Origin: Coleofasciculus sp. B1-GNL1-01
Lineage (GTDB): Bacteria; Cyanobacteriota; Cyanobacteriia; Cyanobacteriales; Coleofasciculaceae
DNA: 64,000 bases
Reading direction: 5' to 3' (one strand)
Assembly: GCA_040220235.1 (NCBI GenBank)
Contig: JAVJTO010000031.1
Shown: positions 11,108 through 22,125 of the stretch, one piece after another
Layout: every line of letters starts with the position of its first letter
How positions within the stretch are numbered: position 1 is the stretch's first letter
Position numbers and translations under genes: made by a program
The notes under the pieces: generated by a model
Told to the model about the DNA's origin: nothing
The model's input: only the letters and a program-made list of their open reading frames with translations
Database searches by the model: none

Positions 11108-11653
11108 ATGCTGACTGAACTACAAACGCGCAAACTGACTAAATTTTTCAGTATGCACGATGCCAAGTTTGATGGCGCTTTAGCTTATCAAGATTTTGAA
11201 AATATTATAAAAAAGTTAGCCGCATTAAGACACTGGGGTTCACGCTCTCCTAGGTATCAAATTTTACTGAATAACTGTAATCGCAACTGGGAAGAATTGA
11301 AACGAGATGCAGATATAACCCACAATAAAAAAGTTAGCTTAGAAGAATGGTTATCCTATTATTCTATTATTTTAAATGATGAAGAGAAATACCTGCACAA
11401 CATCCATTTCTTTATGGAATTAGTTTTTGAGGTGTTTGACAAAGATGAAGATGGAAAAATTAGCCAAGTAGAGTGGGCAGGGATTTTAAGTGTTTACAAT
11501 GTATCGCCTGTTTATGCTCCACGAGTATTTCCTAAATTAGATACCAATCAGGATGGTTTTTTAAGCAAAGAGGAAGTCCTGCAACTCATTCGTGAGTTTT
11601 TCTACAGCGACAATCCAGACATTCCAGCTAACGAGATGTTTGGACCTTATTGA
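11108..11653 (+). CDS. EF-hand calcium-binding protein (calerythrin/SCP-like)
   Basis: DKDEDGKIS and DTNQDGFLS EF-hand loops; C-terminal FGPY. Confidence 0.9.
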   Translation: MLTELQTRKLTKFFSMHDAKFDGALAYQDFENIIKKLAALRHWGSRSPRYQILLNNCNRNWEELKRDADITHNKKVSLEEWLSYYSIILNDEEKYLHNIHFFMELVFEVFDKDEDGKISQVEWAGILSVYNVSPVYAPRVFPKLDTNQDGFLSKEEVLQLIREFFYSDNPDIPANEMFGPY

Positions 11654-11816
11654 TGTAGAGGTGTGGGGGAACCGGGGAGCAAATGTTTATTACTGATAAG
11701 TAGTTGTTTCAGCCGTTAAATCTGCCCTAAACGTTATGACGACAAGCTATAATTTAAACCTAAAAACACAGACGTAGCCTGCTACGTCTGTACTTATTGT
11801 TCTATTTTGCCTATAC

Positions 11817-12209
11817 TTAGACAGCGCCGGGTCCTCGACCACGCTCATCTTTTTCCATCGTCAACTCGCCTTGGCGTTCTTCATCGAGTTGTTGCAGTTC
11901 TTGGCGGCGTTTAGCCGTCTCTTGTTCTTCTTTTTGGCGCAAGTCACCCGGTTCGTTGACATACATTTCGGGTTCAACGGCAAAGTTATTCACTAAGCCT
12001 TCATTATCTACGGTATAACCCTCAGTAGTGTTGATACTATCAGGATTCGTTTGGTTCTCTTCCGTAACCTTCGTCTTATAGTTATCTCCTTCCCGTTCAT
12101 GACGGGCGGCTGTTTCCGCCGGAACAATCTTTCTGTCGTAGGTTTCGGATTTAATTTGCTCTTTTGTCTTGGCTTGGCGATCTGAAGGATTTGTCTGATT
12201 CATATTCAT
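11817..12209 (-). CDS. conserved hydrophilic cyanobacterial hypothetical protein
   Basis: GYTVDNEGLVNNFAVEPEMY block; start codon uncertain. Confidence 0.75.
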   Translation of the reverse strand: MNMNQTNPSDRQAKTKEQIKSETYDRKIVPAETAARHEREGDNYKTKVTEENQTNPDSINTTEGYTVDNEGLVNNFAVEPEMYVNEPGDLRQKEEQETAKRRQELQQLDEERQGELTMEKDERGRGPGAV

Positions 12210-12619
12210 ATATAAGTCCTCGAAAATCATCAATATGTATGTATTTCACTTTCCAAGTTACATAAGGATGAACTGACGTGCATCCCTCTGGCGAATTAAA
12301 TTAAACTCACCTTAGAGGCGTTCAGCACAAATGCATCCCTCTATGGACTTAAACTTTAAAGAGAGATGAGAGAGATGGGGGTGTAGAAACGTGCCATGGC
12401 ACGTCTGGGGGATGGGAGTGGGTTGAGTAACATCAGGGTAAATGACCAATCAGCAGAAACGTGGGGCAATTGGTGATAAAAGTTACAATAGTCCAGAGAG
12501 TCGGTCAAAAATAAGGGTTGACGTATCGGACAAGATGTGTGTAAGTAAAAACAACACTTTATTTGCTCTGCCATCCCCGTTTTGACTTATTACTTATTAC
12601 TTATTACTTGATCGTAGTT

Positions 12620-13771
12620 ATGTCATCATCTCGAAAGCCGCCTTATATGAGAGACTTTGCTCAGTTTGAGCAACATGTGGCAACGATTTTTCAGAACGAG
12701 GGGTGGACTGTTACCACTCCCGACCCCAAGCCGCCAGAGTATGATTTAGTGGTTAGCAAAGAGGGTCAAACTGGTGCGGTTCATCTGAAATGGTTGATCA
12801 GTAATGTTCAAAAACCCCAAATACTCCGATTTCTAGGCTTTTTAGAATCGAAAGCGGGTCAAGACTTTAACTGTGGTTTTTTTATCACCACTAAAGGCTA
12901 TGGTGCGCCCGCCAATGCTTTAATTCGCTCTTGGGGGTCAGACGCTAAAATCCAATGTGGAATTGCAGCAGACACCCAAATTCTCTGGGTGAATGAGGAT
13001 GAATTACCGCCGCCAGAACCGCCGAAACCGGGTAAAATTTATGTTGGCGTTTTTACCTGCAAAGGTGGCGTCGGCAAAACCACCGTATCTGCTCATTTAG
13101 CGGGTGCATTTGCCCTAGAGGGATTTAATGTGGCGCTTGTCGATTTAGACCCGGAACAAAACCTACAAAAGCTATTAGGCGATGGGGTGGATGTTCCCCG
13201 ACCTAGAGGTGTTGGTGCGAGTACCTACATCGCCGTCTATGACTGGCGTGAGTGGCACGAAGATGCGGCACGGGATTGTAAAATGGTCGTTTGTGATTGT
13301 TCCCCTGCCTTAGAACGTAACCCGAAAGAGCTGGTGAGTCAATTTGACTATTGTATTATTCCCACCACCTTAAATCCCTTGGGACTGAACAAACATGGTC
13401 AAGTGATTAAAGATACGGTAAGAGGCATCCGAGAACTCAATCACAACGCTCACTTATTTGTACTGGTTAATAATTTTAAATATCCCGGCTCTAAACGGCG
13501 ATTGCGGTTGCTCAGAGATACGTTTTTGAATACGTATAATGAGGTCAAAGCCATCGATCATAAGTTCCACTGCATTGATCCCAAATACGCTTGTATTCGC
13601 TCTAGTGATCAACTGTATTATTGGGGAATTCATTTACTGGAAAATCCTGACGAAGCTCGCAGTGAGTTAGCGTTTAAACTGGTGGGCGGAATTTGTTATC
13701 CCCGCGATGATTTTATTAACCTCGCCGATTATATTGAACGGGAAGCAGGGTTAGGGATTCTCCGGAATTAA
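12620..13771 (+). CDS. ParA/MinD family ATPase with N-terminal restriction-endonuclease-like (Mrr-type) domain
   Basis: KGGVGKTT deviant Walker A, DLDPEQN; N-terminal FE..VA..F...GW...YDLV...AVHLK. Confidence 0.8.
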   Translation: MSSSRKPPYMRDFAQFEQHVATIFQNEGWTVTTPDPKPPEYDLVVSKEGQTGAVHLKWLISNVQKPQILRFLGFLESKAGQDFNCGFFITTKGYGAPANALIRSWGSDAKIQCGIAADTQILWVNEDELPPPEPPKPGKIYVGVFTCKGGVGKTTVSAHLAGAFALEGFNVALVDLDPEQNLQKLLGDGVDVPRPRGVGASTYIAVYDWREWHEDAARDCKMVVCDCSPALERNPKELVSQFDYCIIPTTLNPLGLNKHGQVIKDTVRGIRELNHNAHLFVLVNNFKYPGSKRRLRLLRDTFLNTYNEVKAIDHKFHCIDPKYACIRSSDQLYYWGIHLLENPDEARSELAFKLVGGICYPRDDFINLADYIEREAGLGILRN

Positions 13772-13975
13772 GAGCAGGGGTAGCAGGGGGAGCAGGGGTA
13801 GCAGGGGGAGCAGGGGGAGCAGGGGGAGCAGGGGGAGCAGGGGGAGCAGGGGGAGCAGGGGGAGCAGGGGGAGCAGGGGAAGATGAGGGAGATGGGGAAG
13901 ATGAGGGAGATGGGGAAGAGAATTTACAAAGGACATAAGACGAATGACGAATGACGAATGACGAATGACATAAGA
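13772..13975. repeat. STRR nonamer (GGGGGAGCA) and heptamer (AATGACG) arrays
   Basis: Tandem repeats directly visible. Confidence 0.92.
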
Positions 13976-14087
13976 CATTTGCTGTCAACGCAAAGAAAGA
14001 CTACAGAGAGTAGCCGAGCGATCGCATAACCTGGTAAATCTGTACTCAACCCTATTTGGGGTTTAGCTGTAAATTTATAAGATTGCG

Positions 14088-15602
14088 ATGACGACTAACG
14101 CTAAATACGTCCTAGCCCTTGACCTCGGTACCACGGGGAACCGAGCCATTCTATTTGACAAGCAAGGTGCGATCGCGGGACAAGTTTATCAGGAATTCAC
14201 CCAACACTACCCCCAACCGGGTTGGTTGGAACATGATCCCCAAGAAATTTGGCGGGATACTCGCGACTGTATGCAGCAAGTCTTAAAGGATAAGGGGGTT
14301 TCGGCGTCGGAAATTGCGGCGGTTGGTTTAACCGTACAGCGCGAAACTTGTTTACTCTGGGATAAGACAACAGGGGAACCGTTGCATAATGCGATCGTTT
14401 GGCAGGATCGACGCACCGCCGCCCGATGTCGGGAGTTAAGCCAACAAGGGCATGATGCGGATATTCAAGAACGCACTGGATTAGTCCTGGATGCCTATTT
14501 CTCAGCCACGAAGTTAGAATGGCTGCTGAATTGGGTGCGCCAGGAAAAACCGGATACCAACTTCGATAATGTTTTAGCTGGCACTATTGATACCTGGATT
14601 CTCTGGAATCTCACCGGGGGCAAAGTCCACGTTACCGATCACAGTAATGCCAGCCGCACTATGCTGATGAATCTCGCCAATCAAGATTGGGATCACAGCC
14701 TCTTGGATTTATTTGGCATTCCGGCTCAGATTTTGCCCCAAATTCAACCCAGTATGGGACTGTTTGGTAAAACTGAATCCAGTTTGCTAGGGGAAGAAAT
14801 TCCGATTATGGCGATTTTCGGTGACCAACAAGCGGCGCTGTTTGCCCACGGTTGCGATCGCCCGGGTATGCTCAAATGTACTTATGGTACAGGTTGCTTC
14901 TTAATTTCCTATACGGGCAAAGAACTGACGCGATCGGGCAATCGACTCCTTTCCACCGTCGCCTGGACAAATGCCGCAAATGGTAGTGGCACTGATGTGG
15001 CTTTTGCCCTAGAAGGGGCGATGTTCACCACTGGGGCTTGTATTCAGTGGCTGCGAGATGGTTTACAACTGATTAATTCGGCTGCCGAAACTGAACCCCT
15101 AGCCAGTCAAGTCGAAGATACCAATGGCATCTATTTTGTTCCGGCTCTCAGTGGTTTAGGTGCCCCTCACTGGGATATGAGTGCCAGAGGTGCATTCCTG
15201 GGTATTACAGGCGGTGTCAAGCGGGAACATATGGTACGGGCGGTATTGGAATCGATCGCCTATCAAGTCAGAGAAGTCGTTGATGCCATGAACAAAGATG
15301 GCGACACCCCTATCGAACTGCTGAAAGTAGACGGTGGTGCGTCTCAGAATGACTTCTTAATGCAGTTTCAAGCCGATGTCCTCAACATTCCCGTGGAACG
15401 CCCCGCCGTTCTCGATGCAACAGCGCAAGGTGCGGCATTTGGTGCAGGGTTAACCGTTGGGTTCTGGGATGATTACCATAAGCTCGTTACCCAAACCGCC
15501 ATCGAACGTACATTCGAGCCAGGAGAGGGGGCAAAACCTGCCCAGGATAATTTTATCGGTTGGCAGAAAGCCGTTGAACGCGCCAAGAATTGGGTAGAGT
15601 GA
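14088..15602 (+). CDS. glpK: glycerol kinase
   Basis: LALDLGTT, QRET, WQDRRT, GDQQAALF, KCTYGTG and VDGGA motifs. Confidence 0.97.
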   Translation: MTTNAKYVLALDLGTTGNRAILFDKQGAIAGQVYQEFTQHYPQPGWLEHDPQEIWRDTRDCMQQVLKDKGVSASEIAAVGLTVQRETCLLWDKTTGEPLHNAIVWQDRRTAARCRELSQQGHDADIQERTGLVLDAYFSATKLEWLLNWVRQEKPDTNFDNVLAGTIDTWILWNLTGGKVHVTDHSNASRTMLMNLANQDWDHSLLDLFGIPAQILPQIQPSMGLFGKTESSLLGEEIPIMAIFGDQQAALFAHGCDRPGMLKCTYGTGCFLISYTGKELTRSGNRLLSTVAWTNAANGSGTDVAFALEGAMFTTGACIQWLRDGLQLINSAAETEPLASQVEDTNGIYFVPALSGLGAPHWDMSARGAFLGITGGVKREHMVRAVLESIAYQVREVVDAMNKDGDTPIELLKVDGGASQNDFLMQFQADVLNIPVERPAVLDATAQGAAFGAGLTVGFWDDYHKLVTQTAIERTFEPGEGAKPAQDNFIGWQKAVERAKNWVE

Positions 15603-15627
15603 TATCCTCAATTTGATTCACCCTCAG

Positions 15628-15660
15628 CTTCCCCGCCCTCGCCCCAGGCGGGGAAGTTTA
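15628..15660 (+). terminator. putative intrinsic terminator after glpK
   Basis: CTTCCCCGCC/GGCGGGGAAG 10-bp stem followed by a short T run. Confidence 0.6.
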
Positions 15661-16002
15661 TCTGTAAGTACAAATCATCGAACTTAATTATAAATATAAC
15701 TAATGCTGATTAATCAGGGGTTTAATCCGTCAATAGCTCTAATCAAAAATCCGGTAAACCCTTGCCAATAGCGTCATTGACTGGCATAATTATGCCGCCT
15801 ATATCTGGACACTAACGGCTTGATGTACATATAAGAATAACTGATTTAATATTCAATTAACACTTTCATTCCTAATCCTGTTTAAACTTTTTAACTTTTT
15901 TTCGTAGTATCAGAAGTGAGGCAGAAAATGTTTGCCAATTAGCTGATGCTAGCTTGGTCAGTATACTAAGGCACAATTGATTCTGCTGCTTCAGAGTAAT
16001 AG

Positions 16003-16314
<312 letters not shown>

Positions 16315-16714
16315 TTCTGTCAATATTACTCAGGCGTTAACTCACTCGCCTAATCCATCAATAAGCCTGCTAACTATCTTAGTAGGGAAGGCAGGAACAC
16401 CATTTTTTTGTGTTCCTGCTTAAAACATATATGGCGTTTTCATTTGCGATGTGGAACTCACGAGAGTAGACAAAGGGAACAGGGAACAGGAAACAGTAGG
16501 AAAGAGGTACAGGTGTTTTTTTATGTGATGAGAAACTAGCATTGGATTCCATAAATGATTTGGAATTGCTCTAGAAGAAGACACCGCTTTTCCCTACATG
16601 ACGTGAGGATAAAAACCGTGTTATTTTCGCTGCCAGCCAGACTCAGGTCAAGCTGTAGAGAGACTAAAACATCTCCAAACAGCCACCCATGAACCATCAA
16701 CAATGAACAATTAT

Positions 16715-17050
16715 TTACCCTCCTAGTTGTAACTGTGTTTCTGTTCTGGGATGAGGTATTGCTTGAGGAATTGGTAACTCCAGGCTTCTCGGTGATTTCT
16801 TCTTGAGTTGCTGGAGTTGTTTTCGACTCGCTTTATCTTTGTTAATAAAACGGTTATTGAGAGTTTGAATTTCCTGGAATTCACTGTCGGCGGACTTAAA
16901 TAACCACTTATCATCCGAGTCAAACTCAAACATCGAGGTTAAGTGACATTGAGTAGGATGACTATATCGCATACATCCGCTATCAGAAGAGTTGGCATCG
17001 CAAAAAGGGCATTGAATTTGGGAACACGTATTCATAGTAGACTGTGACAT
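16715..17050 (-). CDS. hypothetical Cys-containing protein
   Basis: ORF with a CPFC motif preceded by a long AT-rich upstream region. Confidence 0.45.
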   Translation of the reverse strand: MSQSTMNTCSQIQCPFCDANSSDSGCMRYSHPTQCHLTSMFEFDSDDKWLFKSADSEFQEIQTLNNRFINKDKASRKQLQQLKKKSPRSLELPIPQAIPHPRTETQLQLGG

Positions 17051-17542
17051 AGGTGAATTTTTCTTCAACCTCAACAGGCACGGAAATTAAGACATTTCAT
17101 CCTTACCTTAACATTTCTAGACTCATTAAGTGAGGCTTAGGTTCCGATGTCCTCAAGGCTCCTACCCTAAACTTTCCCTAGGGGGGTAGCTATAAATTCC
17201 TTATTATATAAAGCTTTTATAAACATCCCCATGGTGGGGATGTAGTTATAAGGGCTTATGCCCCCTTGTCTTCATGGAAGATTCACAGAATTTTACCGTT
17301 ATTTTTACTCATACTTTAAATAAATTTTTACAACCAATTATTCTTCTGAGCAATTAAATTGGAACACCTCAATTATTCTCTCAAGCTATCAAATTACTTT
17401 TGGAAATTTGATTCCGAAGTAAAATTATTAATCATTTTCTTTTGTGACTATAAAAACTGTAAAATGTAACGAACGCTACGGAATATTTTCCATTATAACC
17501 ATTACTTTTCACAACAACTGCTGAGATGAAAGAGAGGAAAGC

Positions 17543-17649
17543 TATAGCCCTACGGGGATACGTTAGGACATTCCCCTGTTGCCTATTGCCTGTTGCCTGT
17601 TGCCTTTTCACCCAATTGTATTGTCCTAACCTTAATGCGTAGTGCTATA
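17543..17649. mobile_element. MITE-like element with TATAGC...GCTATA ends
   Basis: Imperfect terminal inverted repeats (TATAGC-CCTACG...GTTAGGACA / TGTCCTAAC...CGTAG-TGCTATA) enclosing TGCCTGT heptamers. Confidence 0.6.
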
Positions 17650-17729
17650 TATTACGATGAAATCGGGCGCAAAGCTTTGCGCCCCTACAGTGTATGAGAC
17701 TAATCCATCAAATTAGGTGTGCCACGCCA

Positions 17730-18857
17730 CTAGGCTAAAAAACTGGATAAACTCGGTACATCTACCCAACTGTTCTGTTGATGTGATTGATGGGTTAAAT
17801 CCATTAATAATTGGGAATAGACTCCTTCCGCCAGCGAAGGACTCTGATGTTTATCCGCATCAATACTTTGTACCCACTGATCCACAACCCGAATAAAGGG
17901 TGCTAAACGTCCATCCGGGTAAACTTGGGGAAATGCTAGTCGTTTGGGAATGTCTACTTCTGACAGCGATTCTCCAGCCGGGGCTGCCCAAAGCTGAAAT
18001 CCATGAACATAATCGTTTTGGTTGGAACTGCCCAAAACCAACGTTCCGCGATCGCCATAGACTTCGACAAAATGCCCCCGCCCGTTATAAGTCACGGAAC
18101 TGATGCAAAGTTGGCAAGGTGTACCATCGGCTAATTCCAGCATGATTAAGCCCGTATCATCGGCGTCTACAGGTTTTAGTTTCCCCCCTTCACTCGGATC
18201 AGGGCGTTCGGGAATGGCTGTATTCAGTTGGGCGCACAACCGACGTACCGAACCAAACAGCCAATTAATGTAATCAAACGAATGAGACGCCACAGCACCC
18301 AATGCACCGCCGCCCTTCTCTTTTTGGGCGTACCAGTTCCAAGCCCGTTGCGCGTTAGCCCGACTGGAGACTAACCAGTCAATTTTAATCAGACGCTTTT
18401 GACCAACGTAGCCGGATTCTAAGTGTTCTGCCAAGAGTTGCCATGGGGGAACAAAGCGAAATTCAAAATCTGGCATAGCTACAACCCCTTGCTTATTGGC
18501 GAGGTGATAGAGATCTCGCGTCTCGGTGGCTGAGAGGGTCATTGGTTTTTCCAATAACAGATGCTTCCTGGCTTGCAACACTTGCTTTGCCATTTCGTAG
18601 TGAAGGAAGGGTGGGGTAGAAATGCTCACCGCTTGGACATCTGGCATCGCTAGTATATCCTCCAGGCGATCGCTCGCTTGGGGAATATTATGAGATTCAG
18701 CTACCGACTTGGCTTTCTCCAGGTGAGGATTATAAACCGCTACCACCTGCGTGCGGGGGTGAATCTGAAAACCTGGGATATGAATTTTCTGTCCAAATCC
18801 GGTACCGATTACAGCAACTCCAATTTGATTTGTCATTTGTTTTTCGTCATTGGTCAT
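17730..18857 (-). CDS. Gfo/Idh/MocA family oxidoreductase
   Basis: VAVIGTGFG Rossmann fold, EKP motif, GGGALG; start lies inside an STRR array. Confidence 0.92.
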   Translation of the reverse strand: MTNDEKQMTNQIGVAVIGTGFGQKIHIPGFQIHPRTQVVAVYNPHLEKAKSVAESHNIPQASDRLEDILAMPDVQAVSISTPPFLHYEMAKQVLQARKHLLLEKPMTLSATETRDLYHLANKQGVVAMPDFEFRFVPPWQLLAEHLESGYVGQKRLIKIDWLVSSRANAQRAWNWYAQKEKGGGALGAVASHSFDYINWLFGSVRRLCAQLNTAIPERPDPSEGGKLKPVDADDTGLIMLELADGTPCQLCISSVTYNGRGHFVEVYGDRGTLVLGSSNQNDYVHGFQLWAAPAGESLSEVDIPKRLAFPQVYPDGRLAPFIRVVDQWVQSIDADKHQSPSLAEGVYSQLLMDLTHQSHQQNSWVDVPSLSSFLA

Positions 18858-18968
18858 TCGTCATTGGTCATTCGTCATTCGTCATACTCGCGGAACGCCA
18901 AGCAAGCTAAGTCATTCGTTAGGGAACAGGTGAGAAGAAATTCAAATTTATCGCTCATAACTCATACT

Positions 18969-19937
18969 TCAGGCGTTAGTTTTTTGTTCAACCCAGGCAA
19001 TCACGTCTTTGCCTAAGCACGTACCATTAAGTTGGTCAATCTCGCGGATACCTGTGGGACTGGTAACGTTCACCTCAGTGAGATAGCCACCAATCACATC
19101 GATTCCCACAAAATACAAACCATCTTGTTGCAACTGTGGCTTGAGTAAAGCACAAATTTTTTGCTCTTGCGGTGTAATTTCTGTCGCCGCCACTCGACCC
19201 CCAACTGCCATGTTGCCGCGAAATTCGCTGCCTGTAGGAATGCGATTGACTGCCCCAATCGGGTCACCATTGAGCAGGATGATCCGCTTATCTCCCTCTT
19301 TAGCCGCCGGAAGATAGGTTTGCACCATGACAGGTTCAAGCCCCCATTTGGTGCTAACTTCAACTAGGGAATTAAAGTTGCGATCGCCTGCTTCTAGAAA
19401 CAGAATCCCTTCCCCAGCTTTACCGCCCAAGGGTTTAAGCACGGCTGCTCCTTGTTTCTCGACGAATTTCTGGATGGTCAACTTATCCTGGCTAACAATG
19501 GTTTCCGGAATTACTTCATTAAACTGTAGGGCATACATTTTCTCATTTGCCCGTCGCAAACCTGTCGGCGTATTGATAACCTGAGTCTTTTTGGGGTTGA
19601 TGTAGTCAAGAATGTACGTCGCATAGAGGTAGGGAATAGTCACGGGGGGGTCAGTCCGCATAAACACAGCATCCATATCCTCTAACGGTAGGGATACAGT
19701 ATCCGAGATAGCGTACCAGCGTTCACTTACCACCCAACGCCCCTCAACGAGTTCGGCTGGGGTTAGCTGGACTTTCTCCAGATTTGCCCACGCTTGATTC
19801 TTAACAACTGTTAGCTTTTGAGCTTGAGTAATCCAAACGTCATGACCTAAGGCTTGGGCAGCTTCCATGAGTGCCACACTCGTATCATGACTGGGATTAA
19901 GCTTTGAGAGCGGGTCAATGATAAACGCAAATTTCAC
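18969..19937 (-). CDS. gshB: glutathione synthetase
   Basis: FMRTDPP, NEKMY, GDKRI and EVNVTSPTG motifs. Confidence 0.97.
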   Translation of the reverse strand: MKFAFIIDPLSKLNPSHDTSVALMEAAQALGHDVWITQAQKLTVVKNQAWANLEKVQLTPAELVEGRWVVSERWYAISDTVSLPLEDMDAVFMRTDPPVTIPYLYATYILDYINPKKTQVINTPTGLRRANEKMYALQFNEVIPETIVSQDKLTIQKFVEKQGAAVLKPLGGKAGEGILFLEAGDRNFNSLVEVSTKWGLEPVMVQTYLPAAKEGDKRIILLNGDPIGAVNRIPTGSEFRGNMAVGGRVAATEITPQEQKICALLKPQLQQDGLYFVGIDVIGGYLTEVNVTSPTGIREIDQLNGTCLGKDVIAWVEQKTNA

Positions 19938-20110
19938 GCTGGAATCCTACCTCGGTGATTAATAATCAAGTTGCGGCTAATAGTACCATTTTGGGGTTTG
20001 TCGGGGCGGGTTTAGGGACGTTCGTTTCACTATTGACGATAACGTTGGTTCAAAACCCGCCCCCAGCTTCCCCAGCTTCTCCAGCTTCCCCAGCTCCCGG
20101 AACTCCCCTA

Positions 20111-20389
20111 TCAATGACTCGCCCCTGCTCCGTCTTGCAGTAAGGTATCTAGTTCACCTTGTAGTTCTAACCCATACAGGTCATCGCAACCCCCAATATG
20201 GTGGTCATTGATAAAAATTTGTGGCAGAGAACGGCGTCCATTTGCCCGTTGTGCCATTTGCTCTCGCGCCTGTTCATCGCCATCGATACAATATTCGGTA
20301 AAGTTAATGCCCTTTTCATTGAGCAACCCTTTAGCTCGCATACAATAGGGACAACGACTCCAGGTATAAATTTCGACCTTGGGTTCCAT
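20111..20389 (-). CDS. grxC: glutaredoxin 3
   Basis: CPYC, SLPQIFI and IGGCDDL motifs. Confidence 0.96.
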   Translation of the reverse strand: MEPKVEIYTWSRCPYCMRAKGLLNEKGINFTEYCIDGDEQAREQMAQRANGRRSLPQIFINDHHIGGCDDLYGLELQGELDTLLQDGAGASH

Positions 20390-20496
20390 TCTCTTTTCTC
20401 AACGTCAGCAACATGTCTTGAATTTTAGCTTTCTTCGCCGGAACGTCTGCACACAGTAATTAAAATTAAGTCATTCAAGCTCAACTTAAGCTAAAA

Positions 20497-20512
20497 CGTG
20501 ATCAAAATCACA
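20497..20512. promoter_or_regulatory. candidate CRP (SYCRP1-type) binding site
   Basis: CGTGA-N6-TCACA, one mismatch to TGTGA-N6-TCACA, in the grxC / MBL-hydrolase divergent intergenic region. Confidence 0.45.
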
Positions 20513-21091
20513 TATTGGTGTTGCCTCAAATGCCAGACGGGGTTTAGCTAAACTTGTTAGGCTGTGGAAAACAGTAGGTATAAACTAGAGGTAAAGCGTC
20601 TCAGACCTGATGCTAATCCGTGAGGAAGTAGTATCAGATATAGTAGCTAGACCCCTTGACCCAAAAAGGAACTGGATCGCTCCCGTGCAACTACCTTCCT
20701 CAGACCACTACTGCTGAATAGCCTTGAATGATGAGCGGTGTGAGCAACTCAAGAGTGTCAGGAACGGATTGATCGCGATCACGGAAGTTATTCCCTGGTG
20801 ATAAATTCCGCAGGCGTTACATGTTACTTGACGTCCCTAAGCTCGTCCATCCACAATCAAAACAACTGGTTCAAATCAGCTTAAACAAAAAAACTCCTAA
20901 ACTACCATGACTATATCTACTTATATCTCTCCGGGAGTTTTATTGGGTTGCCTGCCGCTAATAAGGATATGTTGATGATTACTCCGGGTCGGTGGAGATG
21001 TTAAGACTGTGGGAATTGGATGAAAAAGACTCCTCATCAACCTGAAAACACTAACAAATGGACTGTCTGAAAAAGCCTGCAAGGAAAAATT

Positions 21092-21997
21092 ATGTCTAGT
21101 CAGCACAACGGATTCACAATTCACTTTTGGGGCGTTAGAGGAAGTATTGCCTGTCCGGGTCCAGAAACGGTTCGCTATGGCGGAAATACTCCTTGTGTGG
21201 AAATGCGAGTGGGTAAAGAACGATTAATTTTTGATGGAGGTACGGGCTTGCGGGTGTTGGGACAGTCCATGCTGTCACAAATGCCAGTGGAGGCTCACAT
21301 GTTTTTCACCCACTCCCACTGGGATCATATTCAAGGGTTTCCGTTTTTTGTTCCCGCGTTTATCAAAACCAATCGTTTCCGTATCTATGGAGCGATCGCG
21401 CCTAATGGTTCCACGATTAAGCAACGCCTCACCGACCAAATGCTCCATCCCAATTTTCCCGTCCCCTTGCAAGTCATGCAAGCTGATTTGCAGTTCTATG
21501 ACCTAGAGGTTGGTGAAAGCGTTGAGCTGGGCGAGATTACCGTCGAAAATACCTTGCTCAATCATCCCGGTGAAGCCGTGGGATATCGGGTGAATTGGCG
21601 GGGACATGCAGCCGCCTACATTACCGATACCGAACATAGACCTAGTGGTTTAGATGAAAATATCTTAAAACTGATTCAAGATGTGGATGTGCTGATCTAC
21701 GACGCCACCTACACGGATACTGAATATTATTCTCCGGCAACGAGCAAAGTGGGGTGGGGTCATTCAACTTGGCAAGAAGGCATTAAGTTAGCCAAAGCCG
21801 CTAACGTGAAAACTCTGGTTATCTTTCACCACGATCCGTTACACAACGATGATTTCTTGGATCGAATTGGGGAAGAAGCCATTCAACACTTTCGCAATAC
21901 CGTTATGGCTCGTGAAGGCTTGTCCATTTCTTTGGTGGAGTCGGCTGTCTCCGATCCAGTGCCCCTACAACAAGAGATAAAAGCTTCGATTCGATAA
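21092..21997 (+). CDS. MBL-fold metallo-hydrolase (phosphodiesterase-like)
   Basis: FWGVRGS, THSHWDHIQG, TDTEH, GHST and FHHDP motifs. Confidence 0.92.
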   Translation: MSSQHNGFTIHFWGVRGSIACPGPETVRYGGNTPCVEMRVGKERLIFDGGTGLRVLGQSMLSQMPVEAHMFFTHSHWDHIQGFPFFVPAFIKTNRFRIYGAIAPNGSTIKQRLTDQMLHPNFPVPLQVMQADLQFYDLEVGESVELGEITVENTLLNHPGEAVGYRVNWRGHAAAYITDTEHRPSGLDENILKLIQDVDVLIYDATYTDTEYYSPATSKVGWGHSTWQEGIKLAKAANVKTLVIFHHDPLHNDDFLDRIGEEAIQHFRNTVMAREGLSISLVESAVSDPVPLQQEIKASIR

Positions 21998-22125
21998 TAT
22001 CCCCGACTTTATCTCTCCTACCCGATCCCTGACGTCTTGAAGAAGTCGGGGATCTAATTTAACGCAAAGCCAACGAGTTGGTCAAGATCTAGCCACGACT
22101 CCTAGAATGTGTAAAAATGTAAAGC

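Noticed and set aside
13716..13988. ORFs with PAPPAP / LPLLPL or VIRHSSF repeats (also 1295-1586, 53672-53857, 29575-29838)
   Set aside because: Translations of STRR tandem repeats, not credible proteins
17466..17479. GTA-N8-TAC NtcA-like motifs here and at 7556-7569
   Set aside because: Only the minimal consensus, no properly spaced -10 box and no nitrogen-related target gene; likely chance
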